In this document: positions 51,334-60,721 of the stretch, piece by piece
Layout: each line of letters starts with the position of its first letter
How positions within the stretch are numbered: position 1 is the stretch's first letter
Assembly: GCA_037134895.1 (NCBI GenBank)
Contig: JBAXLI010000009.1
Coordinates: 3,855 to 67,854 of the forward strand
DNA from: Bacteroidota bacterium
GTDB taxonomy: Bacteria > Bacteroidota > Bacteroidia > Bacteroidales > FEN-979
Direction: 5' to 3'
Length of the DNA stretch: 64,000 nt
Program-made: the position numbers and the translations under genes
The notes under the pieces: generated by a model
What the model was told of the DNA's origin: nothing
What the model saw: only the letters and a program-made list of their open reading frames with translations
Database searches by the model: none

Positions 51334-52205
51334 CATCCTCCAGGGTTCGGGAATTTTACTGGAGATTTTTCAGGAAAAGGATCACATCCCTTCTTGCAAA
51401 TATTTACCGTTCAAGCATAACCGGGGCCGAAAAGGACATTCACAGGGCGAGGCTTGACATGAAAAAGATCTATGCCATCCTCGAGATGTTTGAAATGCTG
51501 AACCCCGAGAAATTCGATCCCGGGAACTTCGAAGTGTTCAAATCCTTATTCAGGTTTTCGGGAAAGATAAGGGAATTGCAGGTAAACGAGATCGTCATCG
51601 CAAGGTATGGAGAGCCCAGTCAGGGCATGCTTGCCTTCAATAAATACCTGCATTCGAGGGAAAACAAGCTTACAAAGCAATTCCTTTCGGTAGTTCAGGA
51701 TTTTGATGAGAAAAAACTGAAAACGGCCGAGCGTTCCATAAAGAAATTATGTAGTGAGATCAAAGTTAAAACCCTCAAAGCGAGATCTGAAAAGTTCATC
51801 CTTAAAAAGGCAAAAAAGATAAGCCTTCTGAGATTTTACCCTGGCAATCCTGAAAATATCCACGGGATCAGGAAACAGCTAAAATCAATGGTTACTATTC
51901 TTACGCTGGTAGCAATGGTATTCAGGGACGAGAAACATGAAGCCATACTCGGTAAACTGAACCAGACAGAAATGCTTATCGGGAACTGGCATGACAACCA
52001 GGTCCTGATGGAATACATCGATCAGTTCCTTCACAAGCATAAGTCATTCAGCAGGGAGTGCCAGCTTCAGCTCCTTGTTGTGAGAAATAAAATCATCAAA
52101 GACAATCAGGAGCTTCTAAAGGCGTTATTCCCAAAAATAGAGGAGGTTCTAAGTGTAATTTTCCCCTCTGAAGAAGCCCATGACGAAAATCAAGGAAATT
52201 TATAA
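51330..52205 (+). CDS. CHAD-domain protein
   Basis: 291 aa, helical. It has two copies of the CHAD-type His/Arg motif: [20 protein letters not shown] and [20 protein letters not shown]. The 3' end overlaps the copA start by 26 nt. Confidence 0.65.
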   Translation: MTSSRVREFYWRFFRKRITSLLANIYRSSITGAEKDIHRARLDMKKIYAILEMFEMLNPEKFDPGNFEVFKSLFRFSGKIRELQVNEIVIARYGEPSQGMLAFNKYLHSRENKLTKQFLSVVQDFDEKKLKTAERSIKKLCSEIKVKTLKARSEKFILKKAKKISLLRFYPGNPENIHGIRKQLKSMVTILTLVAMVFRDEKHEAILGKLNQTEMLIGNWHDNQVLMEYIDQFLHKHKSFSRECQLQLLVVRNKIIKDNQELLKALFPKIEEVLSVIFPSEEAHDENQGNL

Positions 52206-54399
52206 GGTTGAAGGCATGTCATGCACTGCCTGTGCGGGCAGTGTCAACAGCATACTCGCATCGGTCGAAGGTGTAGCGATGGCAAATGTGAATTTTGCGA
52301 ACCAGACCGTGCTTATTGAATTTGATCCTGAAACTGTTTCAGTTCAACAGCTTGAGAAAGCAGTTGCCCAGATCGGGTATAAGCTTTTAACTGATAAGGA
52401 ACTGATTGCGGATGAGGAAGTGCGTGAAGCAAGGCGGCTGAAAAAGACAAGGATAAATCTTGCAGCTTCCTTCGCTTTCGCCGTTCCGGTATTCATCATT
52501 TCGATGTTCCTTCCTTCTTTACCTTACAGGAACATGATCATGCTGGCCCTGTCGTGCCCGGTGATGTTCTGGTTCGGAAGGGAATTCTTTGTCATTGCCT
52601 GGAAACGCGCCCGTCACGGCTCAACCAATATGGATACCCTGGTGGCGATGGGTAGCGGTACTGCTTTCCTTTTCAGTTTGTACAATTCGTTTTTCCCGGC
52701 AATGGGTGGTATGGAAGGCATGGGGGCTGGAATATATTATGAGGCAGCGGTAGTAATCATTTCATTCATCCTGCTTGGCAGATATCTTGAGGAGAGAGCC
52801 CGCAATAAGACATCATCGGCTATCAGAAAGCTTGTCAACCTCGGGGTTAAAACCGCGAGGGTGATCAGGAACGGGGAAGAGAAGGAAATCCTGATCTCGA
52901 AAGTCAGGATAGGCGACATTGTTGTGATCAGGCCGGGGGAAAAGATCCCTGTCGACGGTCATGTAAGCGAAGGTGAAAGCCTGGTCGATGAGAGCATGAT
53001 CACGGGCGAAAGCGTACCAGTCACAAAAAGTGCTGGCGACCAGGTCATTGGAGCGACCCAGAACCAGACGGGCAGCCTGATGATGGTAGCCGAAAAAGTA
53101 GGGGAGCAAACGGTGCTTGCGCAGATCATCAGGCTGGTGCAGGAAGCCCAGGGAAGCAGGGCGCCGGTTCAGAAGACTGTCGACAGGATCGCTTCGGTTT
53201 TCGTACCTGTTGTGATTGTCATCGCTTTCATTACACTGATCACCTGGCTTTTCTTTTCGCCTGAACCCGGAATCTCCTTTGCGATTAGAGCGGCTGTGAG
53301 CGTTCTTATCATAGCCTGTCCGTGTGCACTTGGACTGGCAACCCCCACGGCCATCATCGTCGGGCTTGGCAAAGCCGCTGAACATGGGATCCTGATCAAA
53401 GATGCCGGCAGCCTCGAGGATTTCTGCAAACTAGATCTGCTGGTCCTCGATAAAACAGGGACCATAACCACAGGAAAACCCAGTGTAAGTGAGGTCATGT
53501 GGAATAAGACAGGGCCAGCTGACCATGAAGAAACCGGCGCCGCCGTGAGTGCAATAGAATGGCGTTCAGAACACCCTTATGCCCGGGCACTGATGGAGTA
53601 TTTCGGAGTTCCTGAAAACACTCCCAATACAGTTGAGGCATTCGAAAGTGTAACAGGGAAGGGAGTATCGGGAATTTATAATGGCAAACAATATCATATC
53701 GGCAGTCCCACTTATGTTGTTTCAAAAGATTGCCTTCTGCCTGAAGAACTAGAGGAATACCGGCAGCTGCTGCAGAAGCAGGCGTTTTCAGTAGTTTTCA
53801 TAGCGCAGACTCAGAGGGTGCTTGGTGTTGCGGCAATAAGTGACAGTATCAAGCCCGGATCGCCAGGGGCTGTTCAGGAACTTAAGGCCATGGGCGTTGA
53901 AGTGCATATGCTTTCGGGCGACAGTGTGGCTATCAGTTCCCAGGTTGCTGCAAAAGCCGGGATTGATTTTTACAAAGCTGAAGCATCTCCCTTGGAGAAG
54001 TCTGATTATATCAGGAATATGCAGGCCAAAGGGTATAAAGTCGGGATGGTTGGTGACGGGATCAATGATTCACCTGCCCTGGCGCTTGCCGATGTGGGAA
54101 TTGCGATGGGTAACGGCACCGATATAGCCATCGAATCGGCCAGGATTATACTGCTGAAAGGAGATCTTACAAAACTTGCAATGGCGCTGAAGATTTCCCG
54201 TCAGACGGTTAAAACAATAAGACAGAACCTGTTCTGGGCCTTTTTTTATAATATCCTCAGCATTCCTCTTGCCGCGGGTGTATTGTACCCATTCACCGGC
54301 TTTCTGCTCAACCCCATGATCGCCGGAGCCGCCATGGCATTTTCTTCGGTCTCGGTTGTAAGCAACAGCCTGCTTTTGAAAACCAGGAAAATTGTTTAA
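52180..54399 (+). CDS. copA: Copper-translocating P1B-type ATPase
   Basis: The N-terminal HMA domain has [11 protein letters not shown]. The TM metal motif is [10 protein letters not shown]. The phosphorylation site is DKTGTIT. It also has [15 protein letters not shown] and the hinge. Confidence 0.93.
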   Translation: MTKIKEIYKVEGMSCTACAGSVNSILASVEGVAMANVNFANQTVLIEFDPETVSVQQLEKAVAQIGYKLLTDKELIADEEVREARRLKKTRINLAASFAFAVPVFIISMFLPSLPYRNMIMLALSCPVMFWFGREFFVIAWKRARHGSTNMDTLVAMGSGTAFLFSLYNSFFPAMGGMEGMGAGIYYEAAVVIISFILLGRYLEERARNKTSSAIRKLVNLGVKTARVIRNGEEKEILISKVRIGDIVVIRPGEKIPVDGHVSEGESLVDESMITGESVPVTKSAGDQVIGATQNQTGSLMMVAEKVGEQTVLAQIIRLVQEAQGSRAPVQKTVDRIASVFVPVVIVIAFITLITWLFFSPEPGISFAIRAAVSVLIIACPCALGLATPTAIIVGLGKAAEHGILIKDAGSLEDFCKLDLLVLDKTGTITTGKPSVSEVMWNKTGPADHEETGAAVSAIEWRSEHPYARALMEYFGVPENTPNTVEAFESVTGKGVSGIYNGKQYHIGSPTYVVSKDCLLPEELEEYRQLLQKQAFSVVFIAQTQRVLGVAAISDSIKPGSPGAVQELKAMGVEVHMLSGDSVAISSQVAAKAGIDFYKAEASPLEKSDYIRNMQAKGYKVGMVGDGINDSPALALADVGIAMGNGTDIAIESARIILLKGDLTKLAMALKISRQTVKTIRQNLFWAFFYNILSIPLAAGVLYPFTGFLLNPMIAGAAMAFSSVSVVSNSLLLKTRKIV

Positions 54400-54448
54400 T
54401 GTTGCGCTGATTTTCTTAATTTTGATCGGTCAAGCTTGATTTTCAGGG

Positions 54449-56803
54449 ATGAACTTCTTTCATAAGGTTACATGTTTACTGGTCCTGCTTTTTATCCTGG
54501 CCCATCCGGCTGGACTGCTTGCTGATAATGACCATACTAACCATGGCAGAGAGCGGGAAGATGACATCCGCAGTATTAAAAGCATGATGTCAGCTTTTAA
54601 GAGTGACAGTATCACAGAAGAAGAAAAATTCCTGCTTGCATACAAGACACTGAAACTATCGATTGAACAGTCTTTTACCGAAGGGAAAGCTGAAGCCTAT
54701 CTCCAGATAGGGAATTATTTTGTGCATAAAAGGAAGCATGTCAATGCCATCAGGTTTCTTCTTTCGGCCACCCAGCTGTTTAGTGATTTGAAGGACACTA
54801 CCGGCCTTATGAAGGTTGACCATGCCATTTTCGCCATAGAAATTTACCTTAAAGCGTTTGATAATGCAGAGAAAACAGCAAGGCATGGACTGGAACTCGC
54901 GCGACAGAGCAAGGATCTTTTAAATACGGGATTTTTCCTTGAGCGGATGGCCGATGTTTTCCATGAACAGAACGATACTTCAAGATCACTTGATTATTAC
55001 ATGGAGTCCCTGAAATATTATAATGAAGCGGGAGCGAAAAAGAACATCCTTGAAGTATATATGTCGGTCGGAGGTATTTATCTTGACCAGAAGCGGTATG
55101 ATGAGGTCCTGGTGATGTACGACACTCTTGCCCCTCTGGCCGATTCTATTGATCCGGCAACGGCAGGCACCATGTATACAAGGATTGCTCATGTGTATGA
55201 TCAGAGGAAGAATTACAAAAAAGCTTTGGTTTATAATAAAAAAGCGCTCCTGTTCAGGAGAAAAGCAAGAACAGGAGATGCAGAGAACAGCTCCATCATT
55301 AATATTGCAGGTGATTTTTACATGCTCAACATGCCTGATTCTGGTGGGTATTACATAGATATCGGGCTGAGAGATGCGAAAGCCAACAACAGGGTATTTT
55401 ATCTTAGAAACGGGTATAATGTTTTGTATAATTACTACCTGTCCAAAGGTGATGACAAAAAGGCCCTGGAATTTTTCAAACTGAAGCTGGCTGTGAACGA
55501 CAGTATTCTGAAAGAAAGACTGAACACAAATATCAGCGTTATCAGGTCGGGCCAGAACATAAGGATACTCAGGGAAGGTATCAAGCAGCTTGAACGCCAG
55601 AATTCCCTTCAGAAGCTTTTTATCCGAAACCAGAAGATCTTCAAGATCCTTCTGACAGCAATTGCCCTTGCCGTCATCATCGCAGTGTTTATCATTTTAA
55701 GAATAAACCTGAGGCACAGGAGGTCGAAAAGAGACATTGAAACCCTCAATATTAAGCTTCAGCATGAGGCTGCGGAACGAAAGCTGATACAAAAGAAAAC
55801 GACCGAAAAAGAAGATCAGTACCGGTTCATTGCCGAACATTCACTCGACCTGATAACAAGGATTGACAAAAACCATATTTTCACATATGCTTCATCTGCC
55901 TCCGTGGATGTTTTGGGATATGAGCCAGGGCAGATGGTTGGGATGAACCTGTTCGACATTGCGATTCCGGGTTACATTGATTTCCTGAAAGAAAAACTTA
56001 ACCAGGCAATTTCGACCCGCAGGCCTCATTCCATTGCCTTTCTTGCAAAGAAGAAAGCAAATGAACCAGTATGGGTTGAGATCACGCTGAATCCTGTGTT
56101 TGACAGCAAGAACGGGGAGTTCAGGGAATTCGTTTCAGTTACCAGGAATATTCAGGAATTAAAAAAGAGAGAAATGGGGATCGTTGAAGGAACAAAGCAA
56201 AAGGAAAACCTCCTGAGGGAGATCCATCACAGGGTGAAGAATAATTTCGCAATCCTGGTCAGCCTTATTAATATGCAGAAATCCCAGACCCAGAGTGAGG
56301 ACGTAAAGCAGAGCCTGACCAATCTTCAGCTGAGGATACGAACAATGGCTCTTGTGCATGAGATGTTATACCGCTCCGAGGATTTCGAGAAGATCTCTTT
56401 CCCCGATTATGTGCGTTCGGTGGCTTCGGTGATCTCTTCAACCTATGGGCGGATGAATGTGAACCTTGATTTCAAACTGGATCCTTTTATTATAAATATT
56501 GAGACCGCTATTCCTCTCGGATTGATTCTGAATGAATTATTGAGTAATGCTTACCGTCATGCATTTGATGAGAACGCAGGCGGAGCGATAACAATTTCCT
56601 TCTGCAAGGATCCTTCACCTAGCCTTTTTGCTCTGACCATTTCAGATACCGGAAAAGGCATGCCTGATGGTTTTATAATGGAAGGAAGCAAAACCATGGG
56701 GTTGCAGATCGTCGACCTTCTTGTCAAACAGATAGAAGGAAGAATGATCATTAAACAGGGTGGCGGTACTTCTTTTTCTATTGTATTTCCAATTGAGGGT
56801 TAA
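54449..56803 (+). CDS. Sensor histidine kinase: periplasmic TPR + TM + PAS + HisKA_2/HATPase
   Basis: 784 aa. Order is signal peptide, TPR-like repeats, TM (ILLTAIALAVIIAVFIIL), a PAS module (YRFIAEHSLDLITR...VTRNIQELKKRE), then an HisKA_2-type H-box (EIHHRVKNNFAILVSLINMQ) and a C-terminal ATPase (NELLSNAYRHAF, DTGKGMP). Confidence 0.85.
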   Translation: MNFFHKVTCLLVLLFILAHPAGLLADNDHTNHGREREDDIRSIKSMMSAFKSDSITEEEKFLLAYKTLKLSIEQSFTEGKAEAYLQIGNYFVHKRKHVNAIRFLLSATQLFSDLKDTTGLMKVDHAIFAIEIYLKAFDNAEKTARHGLELARQSKDLLNTGFFLERMADVFHEQNDTSRSLDYYMESLKYYNEAGAKKNILEVYMSVGGIYLDQKRYDEVLVMYDTLAPLADSIDPATAGTMYTRIAHVYDQRKNYKKALVYNKKALLFRRKARTGDAENSSIINIAGDFYMLNMPDSGGYYIDIGLRDAKANNRVFYLRNGYNVLYNYYLSKGDDKKALEFFKLKLAVNDSILKERLNTNISVIRSGQNIRILREGIKQLERQNSLQKLFIRNQKIFKILLTAIALAVIIAVFIILRINLRHRRSKRDIETLNIKLQHEAAERKLIQKKTTEKEDQYRFIAEHSLDLITRIDKNHIFTYASSASVDVLGYEPGQMVGMNLFDIAIPGYIDFLKEKLNQAISTRRPHSIAFLAKKKANEPVWVEITLNPVFDSKNGEFREFVSVTRNIQELKKREMGIVEGTKQKENLLREIHHRVKNNFAILVSLINMQKSQTQSEDVKQSLTNLQLRIRTMALVHEMLYRSEDFEKISFPDYVRSVASVISSTYGRMNVNLDFKLDPFIINIETAIPLGLILNELLSNAYRHAFDENAGGAITISFCKDPSPSLFALTISDTGKGMPDGFIMEGSKTMGLQIVDLLVKQIEGRMIIKQGGGTSFSIVFPIEG

Positions 56804-56857
56804 ACCTTAAATCATCATAACGAAATCCTGCGCTGTTCCTGCATTATTTGAATCCCA

Positions 56858-56896
56858 TTAACAATTATTTAACATTATTGTAATGTTGCCGTAACA
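56858..56896 (+). promoter_or_regulatory. Four hexamer direct repeats with exact 11-bp phasing (TTAACA, TTAACA, GTAATG, GTAACA): Pho-box-like array
   Basis: Repeat starts are at 56858, 56869, 56880 and 56891. The last repeat ends 20 nt before the -7 box, so the array occupies the -33 region of the porin-pst operon promoter. Confidence 0.45.
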
Positions 56897-56916
56897 TGGC
56901 CGGTTTGGGCAAATTC

Positions 56917-56924
56917 TAATTTTG
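56917..56924 (+). promoter_or_regulatory. -7 box TAATTTTG for the porin-pstSCAB-phoU operon
   Basis: The TAnnTTTG match overlaps the track TTG start (56922). This favours the ATG at 56943 or 56949. Confidence 0.45.
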
Positions 56925-56942
56925 CCGCAAACAATAAAAGCT

Positions 56943-58514
56943 ATGTTTATGAAGAAATTTACAAGAATCATTATGTTAAGCGGATTTGTGCTTCCGCTTT
57001 TGCTTCTTTCACTAACCATGAAAGCACAGTTACCGGTCCAGAATCAGCTGGATACCGTAAAACAAAAAGTTTCGACCCTGAATGATAAAGTTTCAGGCGT
57101 TGAGGAAAGACTGGCAACAGCTGAAAGTGACCTTGCCAAGCTCACGAAGATCAAGATCTCGGGTTATATCCAGGCACAGTGGGTCAATAATGAAGCCTCT
57201 AATGTGTTCCCGAACAATTATTTCCAGATTCGCCGCGCAAGGATCAAATTCCAGTACGAACCGGTTAACGGAGTTGTTTTCGTACTGCAGCCCGATTTCC
57301 AGCCGGGCAATATTACAATTAAGGATGCTTACGCAAGGGCAAATGATCCCTGGCTCAAGACCTTCTCATTATGGGCAGGTAAATTCAACCGTCCCAACTA
57401 CGAAGTTGAATATTCATCCAGCAGCCGTGAAGTTCCCGAGCGTTCACGCGTGATCAGGGCTATCTATCCCGACGAACGTGCCATCGGTGCAAAATTGGAA
57501 ATTGCTCCCCCGAAGGTACCCCTCCTGGTTCAGTTCGCCGTTTTCAACGGGAATGACGGAATTTCAATCAACAATCCCACATTTAACTATGGTACTTTAA
57601 AATGGGATAATGTTTCAACGGTTGGTCAGAACATTGATTTTGACAATTACAAAGACCTTATGTTACGTGCCACCTATGCATTTAAACTTGGCAGATGGGG
57701 CGGACTTACCATTGGCGCTCATGGTTATTACGGACAGATCAAAGCCAATACCGTGGATGTTCTGAATTCAGACTATACATACAACAAGACCCTCAGCAGT
57801 GTTGGAAAAGGTGTTCCCAAGCAGTGGGTTGGTTTCGAAGCTCAGTTTTATGCTGATCTCTGGGGCGGACTTACTCTTAAAGGCGAATACATTTTTGGTG
57901 TGAACTCAACACCCGGTTATAACGGAAGTGCATCATTTGTAAGCCAGGTTAATGCTTACAATGCAGCAAAAGACACTCTCACTATGATCGCTCTTACTAC
58001 CAAGACGGTCAATAATGCACCTGCAATCTCCAGGAATTTCAATGGTTACTATGTTTACCTCATCAAGAACATCGGAAAGAGGAACCAGGTTGCTGTTCGT
58101 TACGATTATTATAACCCGAACACTAAACTGGCAGCTGACCAGATCGGTATTGCAAACTGGAATGCCAAAACCCCCGATAAAGTTGATGCAGCAAAATTAA
58201 CCTACGCTGGTTCCGCTCCGGTAATTGCAACAGGCACCCAATCTAAAACTGTTACAACGAATAAGCTTACCAGTGGAGTTAATGATATTGCTTACGGCAC
58301 ATGGACTTTCTCATACAGCTACTTTTTCAGCGACAACATCAAATTCATGATCGCTTATGAAATGCCGATGAACAAGAAGGTTGGTGTTGATTCCAAGACA
58401 AACCTTGGCAACGTGATCGTTCCTTACACTGTTAACAATGTAACCAGCGCTTACGATTACAGCAACGTGATCAAGCAGAATATTCTTACAGTAAGAATGC
58501 AGGTGAAATTTTAG
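56943..58514 (+). CDS. Phosphate-selective porin O/P-family outer-membrane protein
   Basis: Order is signal peptide (IIMLSGFVLPLLLLSLTMKAQ) and an N-terminal coiled coil. The block ISGYIQAQW...FQIRRARIKFQYEP is Porin_O_P-like. Beta-strand periodicity continues to the C-terminal ...LTVRMQVKF. The gene sits directly upstream of pstS. Confidence 0.65.
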   Translation: MFMKKFTRIIMLSGFVLPLLLLSLTMKAQLPVQNQLDTVKQKVSTLNDKVSGVEERLATAESDLAKLTKIKISGYIQAQWVNNEASNVFPNNYFQIRRARIKFQYEPVNGVVFVLQPDFQPGNITIKDAYARANDPWLKTFSLWAGKFNRPNYEVEYSSSSREVPERSRVIRAIYPDERAIGAKLEIAPPKVPLLVQFAVFNGNDGISINNPTFNYGTLKWDNVSTVGQNIDFDNYKDLMLRATYAFKLGRWGGLTIGAHGYYGQIKANTVDVLNSDYTYNKTLSSVGKGVPKQWVGFEAQFYADLWGGLTLKGEYIFGVNSTPGYNGSASFVSQVNAYNAAKDTLTMIALTTKTVNNAPAISRNFNGYYVYLIKNIGKRNQVAVRYDYYNPNTKLAADQIGIANWNAKTPDKVDAAKLTYAGSAPVIATGTQSKTVTTNKLTSGVNDIAYGTWTFSYSYFFSDNIKFMIAYEMPMNKKVGVDSKTNLGNVIVPYTVNNVTSAYDYSNVIKQNILTVRMQVKF

Positions 58515-58548
58515 TAATTGGTGATTGGTAATTGGTGATTGGTGATTG
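58514..58548. repeat. Heptamer tandem tract GTAATTG GTGATTG GTAATTG GTGATTG GTGATTG
   Basis: Read directly from the sequence. It has period 7 and 5 units. It starts at the last base of the porin TAG stop and lies 44 nt upstream of the pstS ATG. Confidence 0.85.
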
Positions 58549-58591
58549 TTACCAGGCACAGAAAAATTAAAAAATACAAAAATAGAAGATT

Positions 58592-59431
58592 ATGAAAAGT
58601 TCAAGAAAATTAGCCCTGATTGCAAGTGTTGTCCTGGTGGCAATAATTGGCTTTGCGTTCATGCCGGCTCCGAAAAAAATCACAGTCAAAGGTTCAGATA
58701 CCATGGTGATCCTTGCCCAGAAATGGGCTGAGATCTATATGAAATCTCACCAGGATGTAATCATCCAGGTAACAGGTGGCGGATCGGGTACAGGTATTTC
58801 GGCCCTGATCAACGGCTCGACCGATATCTGCAATTCCAGCCGTCCGCTGAAATCATCAGAAATGGACAAGCTGAAAGATCGTTATTCATCACTTGGAGTG
58901 GAGATCCCTTGTGCCAAAGACGGTATCACCATTTTTCTGAATGAGGGTAATCCCATTTCAGAACTTTCCATCAAACAGCTTGGTGCAATTTTCAGTGGTA
59001 AGATCAGGAACTGGAAAGAAGTTGGTGGCCCCGATGCAGAGATCAGGTTATATGGTCGTGAAAACAGTTCCGGTACCTATGTATTCTTCCAGGAAAAAGT
59101 TGTAAAGGGAGATTATGCCCCGAACTGCCAGACCCTTCCGGGAACAGCTGCTGTTGTTAATGCAGTAAGCAAAGACAAGAATGGTATTGGTTACGGCGGA
59201 GCTGCTTATGCAACAGGCGTGAAGCATTGCAAAGTAAAAAAGGATGATAAGAGTCCCGCTTACCTCGCAACAGCTGAAACCATTGCAAAAGGAGAATATC
59301 CTATCACCCGTTACCTGTATATGTATACAAGGAACAGGCCTACAGGCGATATAAAAGCTTATATTGACTGGGTTTTAAGCGCCGAAGGACAGAAGGTCGT
59401 GACAGAAGTTGGTTATTTTCCGGTTAAGTAA
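58592..59431 (+). CDS. pstS: Phosphate ABC transporter substrate-binding protein
   Basis: 279 aa with an N-terminal anchor. The motifs are KGSDTMVILAQKWAE, VTGGGSGTGISALINGSTDICNSSRPLK and GYGGAAY. Confidence 0.9.
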   Translation: MKSSRKLALIASVVLVAIIGFAFMPAPKKITVKGSDTMVILAQKWAEIYMKSHQDVIIQVTGGGSGTGISALINGSTDICNSSRPLKSSEMDKLKDRYSSLGVEIPCAKDGITIFLNEGNPISELSIKQLGAIFSGKIRNWKEVGGPDAEIRLYGRENSSGTYVFFQEKVVKGDYAPNCQTLPGTAAVVNAVSKDKNGIGYGGAAYATGVKHCKVKKDDKSPAYLATAETIAKGEYPITRYLYMYTRNRPTGDIKAYIDWVLSAEGQKVVTEVGYFPVK

Positions 59432-59478
59432 TATTTTTGTTAGTTAATGTGTGTTAAGCGATTGGCAGCATTGGATAA

Positions 59479-60720
59479 ATGTTGCCTTTCGCTTTTATCA
59501 GAAAGTACATGGATACCCCTGGAGGAAAAAACAAATTTGTATTTACCGCTGAGTCACTGAGAAAGAAATTCAGGTTTTCAGAATACTTTGCTGAGAAACT
59601 GATCACCTCTGTGGCTTTTCTCTCTATTGCAGTAATCATACTAATTTTCGTGTTTGTTTTCAGGGAGAGCCTTCCCGCATTCAGGCCGAAAGTCAAACAC
59701 AATATTGAAAAGTTATCAGAAAACGCAAATAAACCTGAAAGTTACGGAAGTTCTGAAACAGCAGGCAGCGGGCAGAAACCAGAATCATATACGGGGAGTG
59801 ATTCTACGGTTACCGAAACAAAACCTGGAACGGCAGCAGCAAAACCGGCAGTTAAACAGGATCAGCCTGAAGCTTACGGAATTGTCAAAGACACTGCCTT
59901 ATCTTCTGACTATGTGAATCCCGACGGGGACCTTGTTTCTTCTGAAAACAGGAATGATGAAGGTTCACTGAGCAGTTTGTTTTCGAATCAGTGGTACCCT
60001 GTTTCAGAAAATCCAAGATACGGGCTTATCCCGCTTTTCATCGGCACCTTTAAAGTTACTCTTATCGCTATGCTGTTCGCCGCACCTATCGCAATCCTTG
60101 CGGCCTTGTTTTCTTCATCTTTCGCTTCCCCCTGGCTTAGAGAATGGATCAAACCCGCGATTGAACTTCTGGCAGGATTTCCTTCAGTGGTCATAGGTTT
60201 TTTTGCCCTTATGGTCATGGCAACAGTATTGCAGAATCTTTTCGGGTACCAGACCCGCCTGAATTCTTTCGTCGGCGGTATTGCAATGGCCCTTGCAGCC
60301 ATCCCCATAATATTCACAATCACTGAGGATGCGCTTACTGCAATCCCTGCCACTTACAAGGAAGCCAGCCTTGCGCTTGGGGCCTCAAAGTGGCAGACTG
60401 CCGTTTTTGTCACCCTGCCTGCTGCAACTCCTGGAATTTTCGCAGCTGTTCTCCTGGGGGTCGGCCGTGTATTTGGTGAAACTATGATTGCCCTTATGGC
60501 CACGGGAAATGCGGCATTAAGTTCTTTAAATCCCTTTGAATCGGTGCGTACCCTGGCAGCAACAATCGGCGCTGAAATGGCCGAAGTGGTATTTGGAGAC
60601 ATGCATTACGGGATACTTTTTCTTATTGGTTCACTGCTCTTTATCTTTAATTTTACCATAAATGCCGTTGCAGAGTTTTATGTAAAAGGCAAACTGGTAA
60701 AGAAAATTCAGGGGAGGTAG
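59479..60720 (+). CDS. pstC: Phosphate ABC transporter permease PstC (with an extended low-complexity periplasmic loop)
   Basis: The permease core has GLIPLFIGTFKVTLIAMLFAAPIAI, the EAA-like block EDALTAIPATYKEASLALGASKWQT, and ALMATGN. Confidence 0.9.
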   Translation: MLPFAFIRKYMDTPGGKNKFVFTAESLRKKFRFSEYFAEKLITSVAFLSIAVIILIFVFVFRESLPAFRPKVKHNIEKLSENANKPESYGSSETAGSGQKPESYTGSDSTVTETKPGTAAAKPAVKQDQPEAYGIVKDTALSSDYVNPDGDLVSSENRNDEGSLSSLFSNQWYPVSENPRYGLIPLFIGTFKVTLIAMLFAAPIAILAALFSSSFASPWLREWIKPAIELLAGFPSVVIGFFALMVMATVLQNLFGYQTRLNSFVGGIAMALAAIPIIFTITEDALTAIPATYKEASLALGASKWQTAVFVTLPAATPGIFAAVLLGVGRVFGETMIALMATGNAALSSLNPFESVRTLAATIGAEMAEVVFGDMHYGILFLIGSLLFIFNFTINAVAEFYVKGKLVKKIQGR

Positions 60721-60721
60721 T

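Noticed and set aside
691-58548. Whether the short tandem tracts at 691, 5688 and 58514 could be CRISPR arrays or a mobile-element terminus
   Set aside because: The units are 7 nt with no spacers, and total lengths are 31-113 nt. No cas genes, transposase or integrase are in the window. They are reported as repeats only.
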